Positions 1-9,983 of a stretch of 64,000 bases of DNA are shown piece by piece. The DNA is taken from positions 244 through 64,243 of the forward strand of contig JBGQFD010000006.1 of assembly GCA_041496705.1 (NCBI GenBank), given 5' to 3'. The DNA comes from Gammaproteobacteria bacterium (lineage in GTDB: Bacteria > Pseudomonadota > Gammaproteobacteria > Burkholderiales > SG8-39). Below the pieces are notes generated by a model. The model saw nothing but the letters and a program-made list of their open reading frames with translations, made no database searches and was not told the DNA's origin. The first letter of the stretch is position 1, and every line of letters begins with the position of its first letter. Position numbers and translations under genes: made by a program.

Positions 1-230
1 GCGGCGTGCTCCGGCCGCACCAGATGGCGCGGCATGATGCCGAGCACCTCGCCGCCCGCTTCCGCCGCGGCGCGCGCGGCGATGCCCATCAGCCCCCGGC
101 TGCTGCCGCCGTACACCAGGCGCAGGCCGCGCGCCGCGCAGGCGGCGCCGAACTCGGCGGCGAGCGCTCGCGCCGCGACCGGCAGGTTCTCCACCGAGGA
201 GCAGAACAGGCACACCGAGCGTTGCGTCAT
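1..230 (-). CDS. LOG/TIGR00730-family Rossmann-fold protein (5' part; runs off window start)
   Basis: Manual translation from ATG 230: MTQRSVCLFCSS...LVYGGSSRGLMGIAARAAAEAGGEVLGIMP, the typical LOG N-terminus (CxFCxS, YGG-x-GLMG). Not in the ORF track. Confidence 0.85.
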   Translation of the reverse strand, partial: MTQRSVCLFCSSVENLPVAARALAAEFGAACAARGLRLVYGGSSRGLMGIAARAAAEAGGEVLGIMPRHLVRPEHA

Positions 231-231
231 T

Positions 232-1074
232 TCATGCCTCGATCAGCGTGTCCAGGGCGATGTCCACCGCCGGGGCCGATTGCGTGATGCGCCCCACCGA
301 GATGAAGTCGACGCCGGTCTCGGCGATGGCGCGGATGGTTTCGAGACGTACGCCGCCCGAGGCCTCGAGCGGAACGCGACCAGCGGAGAGCGCCACGGCT
401 TTGCGCATATCCTCCAGGCCCATGTTGTCCAGGAGGATCATGTCGGCCCCGGCGGCGAGCGCCTCGCCGACCTGCGCGAGCGTATCGCATTCGACCTCGA
501 TCTTCGTCAGCACCGGCGCGCCCGCGCGCGAACGCTGCACTGCCGCGGCGATCGAACCGCAGACGCCGATGTGATTGTCCTTGATCAGGATTCCGTCATC
601 TAGTCTCAGCCGGTGGTTGCGCGCGCCGCCCAGGTGCGCCGCGTGCTTCTCGAGCGCGCGCAGGCCCGGCGTGGTCTTGCGGGTGTCGATCAGCACGGCG
701 CGCGTGCCGGCAATGCGCGCGACGTACTGGGAGGTCAGCGTGGCGATCCCCGAGAGATGCTGGAGGAAATTCAGCGCCGTGCGCTCGACGGCGAGCAGCC
801 CGCGTGCGTCGCCTTCGACCCTCCCCATGGCGCTACCGGCCTTGACGTGCTCACCGTCGGCGACGTTCAGCTCGATGCTGCACCCGGGTTCGCGGCGCCG
901 GAACACACGCGCCGCGACGTCGATCCCGGCGACGACGATGTCCTCGCGCGCGTTGAGCGCGAGCGTCGCCCGCGCGCCCGCGGGGATCACCAATTCCGAG
1001 GTGAGGTCGCAGAAGCCGACATCCTCGGCAATGGCGCGCTCGATCAGGCCGTCGACGATGAGGGGGTCGATCAT
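232..1074 (-). CDS. nadC: Nicotinate-nucleotide diphosphorylase (quinolinate phosphoribosyltransferase)
   Basis: DTRKTTPGLR, NHR, LIKDNH, IEVEC, LLDNM, LEASGG motifs; start set at ATG 1074 (MIDPL). Confidence 0.95.
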   Translation of the reverse strand: MIDPLIVDGLIERAIAEDVGFCDLTSELVIPAGARATLALNAREDIVVAGIDVAARVFRRREPGCSIELNVADGEHVKAGSAMGRVEGDARGLLAVERTALNFLQHLSGIATLTSQYVARIAGTRAVLIDTRKTTPGLRALEKHAAHLGGARNHRLRLDDGILIKDNHIGVCGSIAAAVQRSRAGAPVLTKIEVECDTLAQVGEALAAGADMILLDNMGLEDMRKAVALSAGRVPLEASGGVRLETIRAIAETGVDFISVGRITQSAPAVDIALDTLIEA

Positions 1075-1166
1075 GTTTCGCGCGTCGGCGCCGCGGCATC
1101 GGCGCGCTTTTCTCCTGGAAACTTCACGTGGAATTATCGGCCTTCGGGAAACCCGCGGCAAGCTGC

Positions 1167-1175
1167 TGCTATAAT
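1167..1175 (+). promoter_or_regulatory. Extended -10 element (TGcTATAAT) upstream of VOC gene
   Basis: Consensus TATAAT 1170-1175 with TG at 1167-1168 in the divergent intergenic region. Confidence 0.5.
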
Positions 1176-1260
1176 GCGCGCATTTTCCGGCCTGGAAAAG
1201 GCGCAAGGCATGAGCGCAAACGAAAACCAGGCTCAAACCTTTCCACCCGCGGCGACATTC

Positions 1261-1641
1261 ATGATCGATCACCTCGATCACCTGGTCCTCACCACGGCGC
1301 GCACCGAGCAGTGCGTGGATTTCTACACCCGGGTGCTCGGCATGAAATTCGAACGATTCGGCGCGGGGCGCATGGCGCTCACCTTCGGCGGCCAGAAGAT
1401 CAATCTCCACGAGAAGGGCAGGGAATTCGAACCCAAGGCCACGGTCGCGATGCCCGGCACGCTGGATGTCTGCTTCATCACCGCAGTACCGCTGAAAAAC
1501 GTGATCGCACGCCTTGCGGAATGCACCGTGCCCATCATCGAAGGGCCGGTGATGAAAACCGGGGCGCGAGGGCCGATCCGCTCGGTCTACGTGCGCGATC
1601 CCGACGGCAATCTCGTCGAGATTTCAGAGCAGGCCGTCTGA
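1261..1641 (+). CDS. VOC/glyoxalase family protein
   Basis: LDHLVLT...FYTRVLGM...QKINLH...SVYVRDPDGNLVEI; alternative start 1211. Confidence 0.9.
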   Translation: MIDHLDHLVLTTARTEQCVDFYTRVLGMKFERFGAGRMALTFGGQKINLHEKGREFEPKATVAMPGTLDVCFITAVPLKNVIARLAECTVPIIEGPVMKTGARGPIRSVYVRDPDGNLVEISEQAV

Positions 1642-1669
1642 GGCTGTTATGTCAACAGGAGGAAAGACC

Positions 1670-2674
1670 ATGAAGCTCGTGCAACTCGCTGGAGCAGCAA
1701 TCGCGCTCGCACTCTTCACCGGCGCGCAAGCGCAGCAGCCCATCATCGTCAAGTTCAGCCACGTCGTCACCGACGATACGCCCAAAGGCAAGGGCGCGAT
1801 CCGCTTCAAGGAGCTCGCCGAAGCGAAAACCAAGGGGCGAGTCAAAGTCGAGATCTACCCGAACAGCCAGCTCTACAAGGACCGCGAGGAGCTGGAAGCG
1901 CTGCAACTCGGCGCGGTGCAGATGCTCGCGCCCTCGGTATCGAAGTTCGGACCGCTCGGGGTGCGCAAGTTCGAGGTGTTCGACCTGCCGTACATGTTCG
2001 CCGACGAGAGGTCACTCGAACGGGTGGTCGAGGGCCCTGTCGGCACCGGGCTGTTCGGGCTTCTCGAGCCCAAGGGTATCGTCGGGCTCGCCTACTGGTT
2101 CAACGGCTTCAAGGAATTCACCGCCAACAAACCGCTGAGGAGGCTCGACGACTTCAAGGGCCTGAAGATCCGCATCCAGTCCTCCAAGATCATCGAGGGC
2201 CAGATCAAGGCGCTCGGCGCGATCCCGCAGGTGATGGCGTTCTCCGAGGTGTACACGGCGCTGCAGCAGGGCGTGGTCGACGGCGAGGAGAACACGCCCT
2301 CGAACAAGTACACGCAGAAGATGCACGAGGTGCAGAAGCACATGACGCTTTCGGACCACGGCGTGGTGATGTACGCGGTGATCGTCAACAAGAAATTCTG
2401 GGACGGCCTACCGGCGGACGTCCGCAAGGCCCTCGGCGAAGCCATGGCGGAGTCGACCAAGTACGTGTGGCAGATCGCCAAGAAGGAAAACGACGACGCG
2501 CTGGCGAAGATCAAGGCCGCCAAGACTACCGAAGTCTACGCGCTGCCGGCGGCGGAAAAGGCGGTGTGGCGCAAGGCGATGCTGCCGCTCTACCAGGAGT
2601 ACGAGGGCGTCGTCGGCAAGGACACCCTGCAGGCGATCGAAAGAACGGTCGCGCAATCGGCGGCGAAGAAGTAG
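1670..2674 (+). CDS. dctP: TRAP transporter substrate-binding protein
   Basis: Signal peptide, KFSHVV, YPNSQL, KIRIQ, VDGEEN; AGGAGG RBS before ATG 1670. Confidence 0.93.
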   Translation: MKLVQLAGAAIALALFTGAQAQQPIIVKFSHVVTDDTPKGKGAIRFKELAEAKTKGRVKVEIYPNSQLYKDREELEALQLGAVQMLAPSVSKFGPLGVRKFEVFDLPYMFADERSLERVVEGPVGTGLFGLLEPKGIVGLAYWFNGFKEFTANKPLRRLDDFKGLKIRIQSSKIIEGQIKALGAIPQVMAFSEVYTALQQGVVDGEENTPSNKYTQKMHEVQKHMTLSDHGVVMYAVIVNKKFWDGLPADVRKALGEAMAESTKYVWQIAKKENDDALAKIKAAKTTEVYALPAAEKAVWRKAMLPLYQEYEGVVGKDTLQAIERTVAQSAAKK

Positions 2675-2725
2675 CCACCTGCCGCGGCGGCCGGCGCGGC
2701 TCATCCACCCGCGCGGCGCGCCCTC

Positions 2726-3283
2726 ATGCGCACGCTCGACCGCGTCCTCGATCACCTCGAGGAATGGCTGGTTGCAGGCTTCATGGCGCTCGCGACGGGC
2801 GTCATTTTTATTTCAGTGGTGTATCGCTACACCGCCGACGTCGCCTGGATCTGGAATTACACCCGGCACATCAACCTCACCTGGACGCAGGAGCTGTGCA
2901 TCTACCTCTTCATCTGGATGGCGAAGTTCGGCGCGGCCTACGGGGTGCGCACCGGCATTCACGTCGGGGTTGACGTCCTGGTGCGGCTGCTCGCGCCGCC
3001 CAAGCGGCGCTTCTGGGTCACTTTCGATCTGCTCGCGGGCGCGTTTTTCACCGGCGTCATCGCCGTTCTCGGCGGAATGTTCGTTTGGCGCATGGTTGGC
3101 ACCGGGCAAGTCTCGCCCGACCTCGAGCTGCCGATGTGGGTAGTCTATCTCGCGGTGCCGCTCGGCTCCTCCCTCATGTGTTACCGGTTTCTGCAGGTTG
3201 CATGGCGCTTCCGCCGCACCGGCGAGCTGCCCTCGCACAGCCACGCGCACATCGAGGGCCTCAACGCGGAGGTGCGGACGTGA
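2726..3283 (+). CDS. dctQ: TRAP transporter small permease
   Basis: About 4 TM segments, W-x-QEL, HVGVD; lies between dctP and dctM. Confidence 0.92.
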   Translation: MRTLDRVLDHLEEWLVAGFMALATGVIFISVVYRYTADVAWIWNYTRHINLTWTQELCIYLFIWMAKFGAAYGVRTGIHVGVDVLVRLLAPPKRRFWVTFDLLAGAFFTGVIAVLGGMFVWRMVGTGQVSPDLELPMWVVYLAVPLGSSLMCYRFLQVAWRFRRTGELPSHSHAHIEGLNAEVRT

Positions 3284-4569
3284 ACGCCTGGATCATTTTC
3301 ATCCTGCTGATCGTCCTGATGCTGACGGGCATGCCAATCTCGATTGCGCTTGGCCTCACCGTGCTCACGTTCCTGTTTTTCATGACCGATCTCCCGGCAG
3401 AACTGGTGTCGCAGCGCCTGTTCACCGGCCTGGACCAGTTCGCGATCATGGCGATCCCGTTCTTCATTCTCGCCGGCACCTTCCTCACCCACGGCGGGGT
3501 GGCGCGGCGCATGATCCGTTTCGCCACGGCCCTGGTCGGCCACTTCCACGGCGGACTCGCCATGGCCGGGGTGTTCGCGTGTGCCCTCTTCGCCGCGGTG
3601 TCGGGCTCGAGTCCCGCGACGGTGGTGGCGATCGGCACGATCCTGATTCCGGCCATGGAGAAACAGGGTTACCCGCGCAAGTTCGGCGTCGGCTCGATCG
3701 GCACCGCCGGCGCACTCGGCATCCTGATTCCGCCGTCGATCGTGATGGTGATCTACTCGGTATCCACCAACACGAGCGTCGGCAAGCTCTTCATCGCCGG
3801 CATCGTGCCCGGCGTCCTGCTCGCCGCGATCCTCATGGGGATCACCTGGGTCATCGCGCGGCGGCGCGACTACCCGCGTATGCAGCGCGCGAGCCTCAAG
3901 GAGGTCTGGACGGCGTTCTGGGACGCGATCTGGGGACTCCTCTTGATCGTGGTGGTGATCGGCGGCATCTACGGCGGGGTGTTCACCCCGACCGAGGCCG
4001 CGGCAGTGAGCGCGGTCTACGCCTTCATCGTCGCCGTGTTCGTGTACCGCGACCTGAAGCTCTCGGACGTGCCGAAGGTGCTGCTAGCTTCGGCCAACAT
4101 GAGCGCGATGCTGCTCTACATCATCACCAACGCGATCCTGTTCTCGTTCCTCCTGACCAGCGAGAACATCCCGCAGGCGATGGCGCAGTGGATCATCGAC
4201 AAGCAGCTCTCTCCCTGGGTGTTCCTGCTCGGCGTGAACGTCCTGCTGCTCATCGCGGGCAACTTCATGGAGCCCTCGTCGATCGTCCTGCTGCTCGCGC
4301 CCATCCTGTTCCCGGTGGCGGTGAGGCTCGGCGTCGACCCGATCCACTTCGGCATCATCATGACGATCAACATGGAAGTGGGGCTGATCCATCCGCCCGT
4401 GGGCCTCAACCTCTACGTCGCGAGCGGCATTGCCAAGATGGGACTGACCGAGACCACGGTCGCGTTCGCGCCGTGGATCGTCATCATGGTCCTGTACCTC
4501 ATGCTCGTCACCTACGTGCCCACGATCGCGACCTGGCTACCCAACCTGGTGTACGCGCGCCCGGGCTGA
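3280..4569 (+). CDS. dctM: TRAP transporter large permease
   Basis: AIPFFILAG, SGSSPA, IPPSI, FTPTEAA, HPPVG; GTG start overlaps dctQ stop. Confidence 0.93.
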   Translation: MNAWIIFILLIVLMLTGMPISIALGLTVLTFLFFMTDLPAELVSQRLFTGLDQFAIMAIPFFILAGTFLTHGGVARRMIRFATALVGHFHGGLAMAGVFACALFAAVSGSSPATVVAIGTILIPAMEKQGYPRKFGVGSIGTAGALGILIPPSIVMVIYSVSTNTSVGKLFIAGIVPGVLLAAILMGITWVIARRRDYPRMQRASLKEVWTAFWDAIWGLLLIVVVIGGIYGGVFTPTEAAAVSAVYAFIVAVFVYRDLKLSDVPKVLLASANMSAMLLYIITNAILFSFLLTSENIPQAMAQWIIDKQLSPWVFLLGVNVLLLIAGNFMEPSSIVLLLAPILFPVAVRLGVDPIHFGIIMTINMEVGLIHPPVGLNLYVASGIAKMGLTETTVAFAPWIVIMVLYLMLVTYVPTIATWLPNLVYARPG

Positions 4570-4647
4570 CGCCCGGGCTCCGCTTTCGCTACAATTGCTG
4601 CACTGCCCGCGGCGCTCCAAACGCGCTCCGCTCCCACCGAGATTCCG

Positions 4648-5601
4648 ATGAAAATCTGCTTCATCGCCGACCCGCTCGCGTCATTCAAGATCGCCAAGGA
4701 CTCGACCTACGCGATGATGGTCGAGGCGGCGAAGCGCGGTCATGAGCTGACCTCCATGCTTCAGGAAGGCGTGATGTGGAAGGGAGGCCACGTCGTGGGC
4801 GAACACTGTCCGCTCACGCTCACTGGAAACCAGGAACCGTGGTACCGCACCGGGCCAGCGCGGCAGGCATCCCTTGCCGAATTCGACGCCGTGCTGATGC
4901 GCAAGGATCCGCCTTTCGACGCCGAATACCTGACTAGCACCTGGCTGCTCGAACTCGCCGAGCGCGAGGGCGCGCGCGTGTTCAATCATCCGCGTGCGTT
5001 ACGCGACCACAGCGAGAAGCTCGCGATCGCCGAGTTCGCCCGGTTCGCGGCGCCTAGCCTGGTGACGCGCGCGGAGCACGAGCTGCAGGGATTCATCGAC
5101 GCCAACGGCGACGTCGTGCTCAAGCCCCTGGATGCCATGGGCGGGCGCTCGGTATTCCGCGTGACCGACCGCGACCCCAACCGCAACGTCATCATCGAGA
5201 CGCTCACCGGCGACGGCACGATCTCGATCATGGCGCAGCGCTATATCCCCGAGATCCGCGACGGCGACAAGCGCATCCTGCTGATCGCCGGAAAACCGGT
5301 GCCGCATTGCCTGGCGCGCATTCCCAAGGCCGGAGAAACCCGCGGCAACCTGGCCGCGGGCGGCACCGGGGTGGCGCGGGCACTCACTGCACGCGATCTC
5401 GAAATCGCCGGCGCGCTCGGCCCGACCCTGGCAGCGCGCGGCCTGCTGCTCGTTGGCCTGGACGTGATCGGCGACTGGCTCACCGAGATCAACGTCACCA
5501 GCCCGACCTGCTTCCGCGAGATCACCGAGCAGAGCGGCTTCAACGTGGCAGGGATGTTCATCGATGCGCTCGAGGGCGCGGTGAAATCCGCGGAGCGCTA
5601 G
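4648..5601 (+). CDS. gshB: Glutathione synthetase
   Basis: KDST, MRKDPPFD, KPLDAMGG, GDKRI, RGNLAAGG, EINVTSPT. Confidence 0.96.
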   Translation: MKICFIADPLASFKIAKDSTYAMMVEAAKRGHELTSMLQEGVMWKGGHVVGEHCPLTLTGNQEPWYRTGPARQASLAEFDAVLMRKDPPFDAEYLTSTWLLELAEREGARVFNHPRALRDHSEKLAIAEFARFAAPSLVTRAEHELQGFIDANGDVVLKPLDAMGGRSVFRVTDRDPNRNVIIETLTGDGTISIMAQRYIPEIRDGDKRILLIAGKPVPHCLARIPKAGETRGNLAAGGTGVARALTARDLEIAGALGPTLAARGLLLVGLDVIGDWLTEINVTSPTCFREITEQSGFNVAGMFIDALEGAVKSAER

Positions 5602-5606
5602 CGGCC

Positions 5607-6020
5607 ATGATAGGAATCCTGATCGTCTCCCAGGGCAACTTCGGAGAAGCGCTGATCCGCAGCGCCACCCACGTAATCGGCGCGCGACCCCTGCGGGTCC
5701 TCCATTTGGAGGTCACCGTCCGGGACGACCCCGCCGCGGTGCTGCCGCGGGCGCGTGAGCTGTTGCGCCAGCTGGATTCCGGCGCGGGCGTGCTGCTCCT
5801 CACCGACATGCTCGGCGCCACGCCTTCCAACATCGCCACGCGGTTGCTGCAGCCGGGCAGGGTCGAGGGCATCGCCGGGGCGAGCCTGCCGATGCTCATC
5901 CGCGCCCTCACCTATCGCAACGAACCGCTCGCCGCCGTCGTCGACAAGGCGCTGAGCGGCGGACGCGACGGCGTGGCGCGGCTCCAGGAAGAGGTGCGCA
6001 GTGCCGCAGGCAGAAGCTGA
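5607..6020 (+). CDS. PTS EIIA mannose-family component (phospho-acceptor His replaced by Gln)
   Basis: MIGILIVSQG...LTDMLGATPSN...SLPML; directly upstream of ptsH-ptsI. Confidence 0.88.
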   Translation: MIGILIVSQGNFGEALIRSATHVIGARPLRVLHLEVTVRDDPAAVLPRARELLRQLDSGAGVLLLTDMLGATPSNIATRLLQPGRVEGIAGASLPMLIRALTYRNEPLAAVVDKALSGGRDGVARLQEEVRSAAGRS

Positions 6021-6270
6021 CATCGTCAACAAGCTCGGGCTGCACGCGCGGGCTTCGGCGAAGCTCACCCAGGTCGCGACCGGTTTCGCCTCCGAGGTTT
6101 GGCTGTCGCGCAACGGCCGGCGCGTCAACGCCAAGAGCATCATGGGGGTGATGATGCTCGCCGCGGGTAAGGGCAGCCGCGTGATGATAGAAACCCAGGG
6201 AGCTGACGCGGACGCGGCGCTCGCCGCCGTGCTCAAGCTCATCGCCGACGGCTTCGGCGAAGCGGAGTGA
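6001..6270 (+). CDS. ptsH: Phosphocarrier protein HPr
   Basis: NKLGLHARAS (His15) and NAKSIMGVM (Ser46). Confidence 0.95.
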   Translation: MPQAEADIVNKLGLHARASAKLTQVATGFASEVWLSRNGRRVNAKSIMGVMMLAAGKGSRVMIETQGADADAALAAVLKLIADGFGEAE

Positions 6271-6280
6271 GAATACGACA

Positions 6281-8032
6281 ATGACGGCACCGCACCCCCT
6301 GGCGATGAGCGCGAGCTTCACCCTGCAGGGCGCGGGCGTGTCCGGCGGCATCGCCATAGGCCACGCGCACCTCGTCTCCACCGCGCGGCTGGAGGTCGCG
6401 CACTACGAGATCACGCCCCAGGAAGTCGCGGCCGAGCTGCTGCGCTTCGACACGGCCGTGGCCAGAGTACGCAGCGAACTCGCCGGATTGCAGGCCGGCG
6501 TTTCCGCGACTGCCCCGGCGGAAATCCGGGCCATCCTCAACCTGCACGCGATGCTGCTCGACGACGCGAGCCTGTCGCTCGTGCCGCGCGATAACATCCG
6601 CAAGCGCCAATGCAACGCGGAGTGGGCGCTGGTGATGCAGATGGACCATCTCGCCGCCCAGTTCGAGGCGATCGAGGATTCCTACCTGCGCGAGCGCAAA
6701 CAGGACATCGTGCAGGTGGTCGAGCGCGTGCTCAAGGCGATGCTCGGCACCGGGCACGTCCCCGCCGGGCCTTCGCACGAGGAGGACGTGATCGTCGTCG
6801 CGCACGACCTGTCTCCGGCGGACATGATCCTGTTCAAGCAGCATCAGTACGCGGGCTTCGTGACCGACCTGGGCGGGGTGACCTCGCATACGGCTATCGT
6901 CGCGCGCGGCCTCAACATCCCGGCGATCGTCGGGCTGCATCACGCGCGCAACATGATCCGCGAGGGCGAGCTGCTCGTCGTCGACGGACGCGAAGGCGTC
7001 CTCATCGTCGACCCGGGACCACAGGTGCTGGAGGAATACCGGAAGCGCAGCCGCGAGATCGAGGGCGAGCGGCAGAAACTGAAGCACCTGCGCACGGCGC
7101 GATCCTCCACCTTGGACGGCACGCTGATCGACCTCCAGGCCAACATCGAGCTGCCGCAGGACGTCGAAAAGGTGAGGGAGGTTGGCGCGGCGGGGATTGG
7201 TCTCTTCCGCAGCGAGTTCCTGTTCCTCAACCGCGACGACCTGCCCTCCGAGGACGAACAATTCGAGGCTTACCGCGAGGTCGCCGACGCGATGCACGGG
7301 CGGCCCGTGACCATACGCACGCTCGACCTGGGCGCGGACAAGAGCATCAACGGCGCCGACCGCATGGGACCCAACCCGGCGCTGGGGTTGCGCGCAATTC
7401 GCTTTTGCCTCGCCGAACCGCAGATGTTCCTCACGCAGTTGCGCGCCATCCTGCGTGCCTCGCGCCACGGCAAGGTGCGCCTGCTCATCCCGATGCTGGC
7501 CCACGCTCACGAGGTGGAACAGGCGCTCGCCGCAGTGCGGCATGCAAGGGAGACCCTGGACGACCAGAAGATCCCGTACGACCGGCGAATCGAAATCGGC
7601 GGCATGATCGAGGTGCCGGCGGCCGCTTTGTCGCTCTCCTATTTCGTCAGCAAGCTCGACTTCCTTTCGATCGGCACCAACGACCTCATCCAGTACACGC
7701 TGGCGATCGACCGCACCGATGACGCTGTGGCGCATCTGTACGACCCGCTGCACCCCGCGGTGCTGCAGCTCGTCGCGCAGACCATCCGCACCGCCAACCG
7801 CGCCAAGACGCCGGTCGCAGTCTGCGGGGAGATGGCCGGGGATCTGGCGATGACGCGCCTCTTGCTCGGCTTCGGCCTGCGCCAGTTCTCGATGCATCCT
7901 GCACAGTTGCTCGAGATCAAGCAACAGGTGCTGCGCACGCGGCTGGACGACGTGCGGGCGCTTGCCGCGCGCGTCGCGCGCGCCCACGATCCCGACAAGG
8001 CCCGCGCGCTGCTCGCCAAGCTGAACGCCTGA
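6281..8032 (+). CDS. ptsI: PEP-protein phosphotransferase (Enzyme I)
   Basis: TSHTAI phospho-His motif, GLFRSE, NPALGLR, SIGTNDL, VCGEMAG. Confidence 0.96.
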   Translation: MTAPHPLAMSASFTLQGAGVSGGIAIGHAHLVSTARLEVAHYEITPQEVAAELLRFDTAVARVRSELAGLQAGVSATAPAEIRAILNLHAMLLDDASLSLVPRDNIRKRQCNAEWALVMQMDHLAAQFEAIEDSYLRERKQDIVQVVERVLKAMLGTGHVPAGPSHEEDVIVVAHDLSPADMILFKQHQYAGFVTDLGGVTSHTAIVARGLNIPAIVGLHHARNMIREGELLVVDGREGVLIVDPGPQVLEEYRKRSREIEGERQKLKHLRTARSSTLDGTLIDLQANIELPQDVEKVREVGAAGIGLFRSEFLFLNRDDLPSEDEQFEAYREVADAMHGRPVTIRTLDLGADKSINGADRMGPNPALGLRAIRFCLAEPQMFLTQLRAILRASRHGKVRLLIPMLAHAHEVEQALAAVRHARETLDDQKIPYDRRIEIGGMIEVPAAALSLSYFVSKLDFLSIGTNDLIQYTLAIDRTDDAVAHLYDPLHPAVLQLVAQTIRTANRAKTPVAVCGEMAGDLAMTRLLLGFGLRQFSMHPAQLLEIKQQVLRTRLDDVRALAARVARAHDPDKARALLAKLNA

Positions 8033-8071
8033 TCCTCAGGCCACGGGCGGCGCCATGCCTTGCAACTGCAA

Positions 8072-8100
8072 TTGACGCCCCGTCGCTGCTGCGGTAACGT
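8072..8100 (+). promoter_or_regulatory. Sigma70-type promoter of metXW (TTGACG-17 bp-TAACGT)
   Basis: -35 at 8072-8077, -10 at 8095-8100, 17-bp spacer; predicted TSS near 8107, just before the riboswitch. Confidence 0.65.
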
Positions 8101-8107
8101 CCCCCTT

Positions 8108-8182
8108 GCGCCGATTTGAACATCAGCTTGCAGGCGCCGCCGGCACCTGTCGGGCGAAAAACAAATATGGCTAAAGCGAGGG
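8108..8182 (+). ncRNA. SAM-II (SAM-alpha-like) riboswitch aptamer with inserted hairpin
   Basis: P1 GCGCC/GGCGC (8108-8112/8133-8137); conserved GAUUUG, GCUUGCAG, AAACAA and GCUAAAG blocks; upstream of metX. Confidence 0.88.
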
Positions 8183-8185
8183 CGA

Positions 8186-8221
8186 CCCGTTTAGCTCGCA
8201 GGCTGAACGGGCTTTTTCTTT
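8186..8221 (+). terminator. Intrinsic terminator forming the riboswitch expression platform
   Basis: Stem CCCGTTTAGC/GCTGAACGGG (10 bp, one G-U) followed by CTTTTTCTTT, right before the metX ATG. Confidence 0.8.
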
Positions 8222-8222
8222 C

Positions 8223-9371
8223 ATGGCGCCTAGAAACAATCAAGGTCCGCGCTCGGTCGGCGCGGTCAAGCCGCAGACACTGCATTTTTTCGAGCCGCTC
8301 GCCTTCAAGAGCGGCGCGGTGCTCGACGCCTACGACCTGGTCTACGAGACCTACGGCACCCTGAACGCGGCAAGGTCGAACGCGGTACTGGCCTGCCACG
8401 CACTCAACGCCGCCCATCACGTCGCCGGCTACTACGCCGACAACCCCGAGAACGTCGGCTGGTGGGACAACATGATCGGTCCGGGCAAGCCGGTGGACAC
8501 GGACAAATTCTTCGTCATCGGAGTCAACAACGTCGGCGGCTGCTTCGGCTCGACCGGCCCGGCCAGCGTCAGTCCGCGAACCGGCAGACCCTACGGCTCT
8601 TCGTTTCCCGTGGCCACGGTCGAGGACTGGGTGAACGCCCAGGCGCGCCTCGCCGACCGGCTCGGCATCAATCGCTTCGCCGCGGTGATGGGCGGGAGCC
8701 TCGGAGCGATGCAGGCGCTGCAGTGGGCGATCGGCTATCCCGATCGCATCCGCAACTCGATTGTCGTCGCGGCAGCGCCGAAGCTCTCGGCGCAGAACAT
8801 CGCGTTCAACGAAGTGGCGCGCCAAGCGATCACCACCGATCCGGATTTCCACGGCGGCGACTACTACGAGCACGGCGTCGTGCCGCGCCGCGGCCTGCGG
8901 CTCGCGCGCATGATCGGGCACATCACCTACCTGTCCGACGACGCCATGATGGAGAAATTCGGCCGGGCGCTGCGCACCGGCGCGATCGGGTTTCATTTCG
9001 ACGTCGATTTCGAGATCGAATCCTACCTGCGCCACCAGGGCGACAAGTTCTCGGAGTACTTCGACGCCAACACCTACCTGCTGATCACGCGAGCGCTCGA
9101 CTATTTCGACCCGGCGGCCGCGCACGGCGACAGCCTCGCCAGGGCGCTCGCAGCGGCACGGGCGCGCTTCCTGGTGGTGTCGTTCACCTCCGACTGGCGC
9201 TTTTCCCCGGCACGCTCGCGCGAAATCGTCAAGGCGCTGCTCGACAACCGCCTGGATGTCTCCTATGCGGAGATCGATGCGCCCCACGGCCACGACGCGT
9301 TCCTGCTCGACGATCTGCGCTACCACGCGCTGGTGCGCGCCTATTTCGACAACATCCACGCCGCCCTATGA
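8223..9371 (+). CDS. metX: Homoserine O-acyltransferase (MetX family)
   Basis: [33 protein letters not shown]. Confidence 0.95.
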   Translation: MAPRNNQGPRSVGAVKPQTLHFFEPLAFKSGAVLDAYDLVYETYGTLNAARSNAVLACHALNAAHHVAGYYADNPENVGWWDNMIGPGKPVDTDKFFVIGVNNVGGCFGSTGPASVSPRTGRPYGSSFPVATVEDWVNAQARLADRLGINRFAAVMGGSLGAMQALQWAIGYPDRIRNSIVVAAAPKLSAQNIAFNEVARQAITTDPDFHGGDYYEHGVVPRRGLRLARMIGHITYLSDDAMMEKFGRALRTGAIGFHFDVDFEIESYLRHQGDKFSEYFDANTYLLITRALDYFDPAAAHGDSLARALAAARARFLVVSFTSDWRFSPARSREIVKALLDNRLDVSYAEIDAPHGHDAFLLDDLRYHALVRAYFDNIHAAL

Positions 9372-9979
9372 CCGGACACGAGCAAAAAGCTCTCTCCGGC
9401 CGCTCGGATTTCCAGGCGATCGCCGCCTGGGTGCGGCCGGACTCGAGCGTGCTCGACCTGGGCTGTGGAGACGGGCTGCTGCTGCGCTTCCTCGCGCAGA
9501 CCCGCAATGCGCGCGGCTACGGGATCGAGATCGCCGACGCCAACGTGCTTGCCTGCGTGGAAAACGGGGTCAACGTCATCCAGAGCGATCTCGAGCGCGG
9601 CCTCGCCGGGTTCGACGCCGGCTCGTTCGACTGCGTGATCCTGTCGCAAACTCTGCAGGCAGTACTGCACACCGAGGAAATCATGCTGGAGATGCTGCGC
9701 GTGGGCCGCGAGGCAGTCGTGTCCTTCCCGAATTTCGGGCGCTGGGACTTGCGACTGCAGATCGCGCTCGGCAGGATGCCCGTATCGGCGGAGCTTCCCT
9801 ACCAGTGGTACAACACGCCCAACGTGCACCTGTTCACCCTCGCGGATTTCGAGTCGTTCTGCGCGAGCCACGCCATCCACGTTCTCGAGCGCGTGGTGCT
9901 GCACCGCGGGCGGCCGGTCGCCGCCTTCGCCAATTTCTTCGGCAGCCTCGCCGTCTACCGCGTCGAGAAACGGCGTTAA
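9368..9979 (+). CDS. metW: Methionine biosynthesis protein MetW
   Basis: [30 protein letters not shown]; coupled to metX. Confidence 0.93.
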   Translation: MTGHEQKALSGRSDFQAIAAWVRPDSSVLDLGCGDGLLLRFLAQTRNARGYGIEIADANVLACVENGVNVIQSDLERGLAGFDAGSFDCVILSQTLQAVLHTEEIMLEMLRVGREAVVSFPNFGRWDLRLQIALGRMPVSAELPYQWYNTPNVHLFTLADFESFCASHAIHVLERVVLHRGRPVAAFANFFGSLAVYRVEKRR

Positions 9980-9983
9980 TGCC

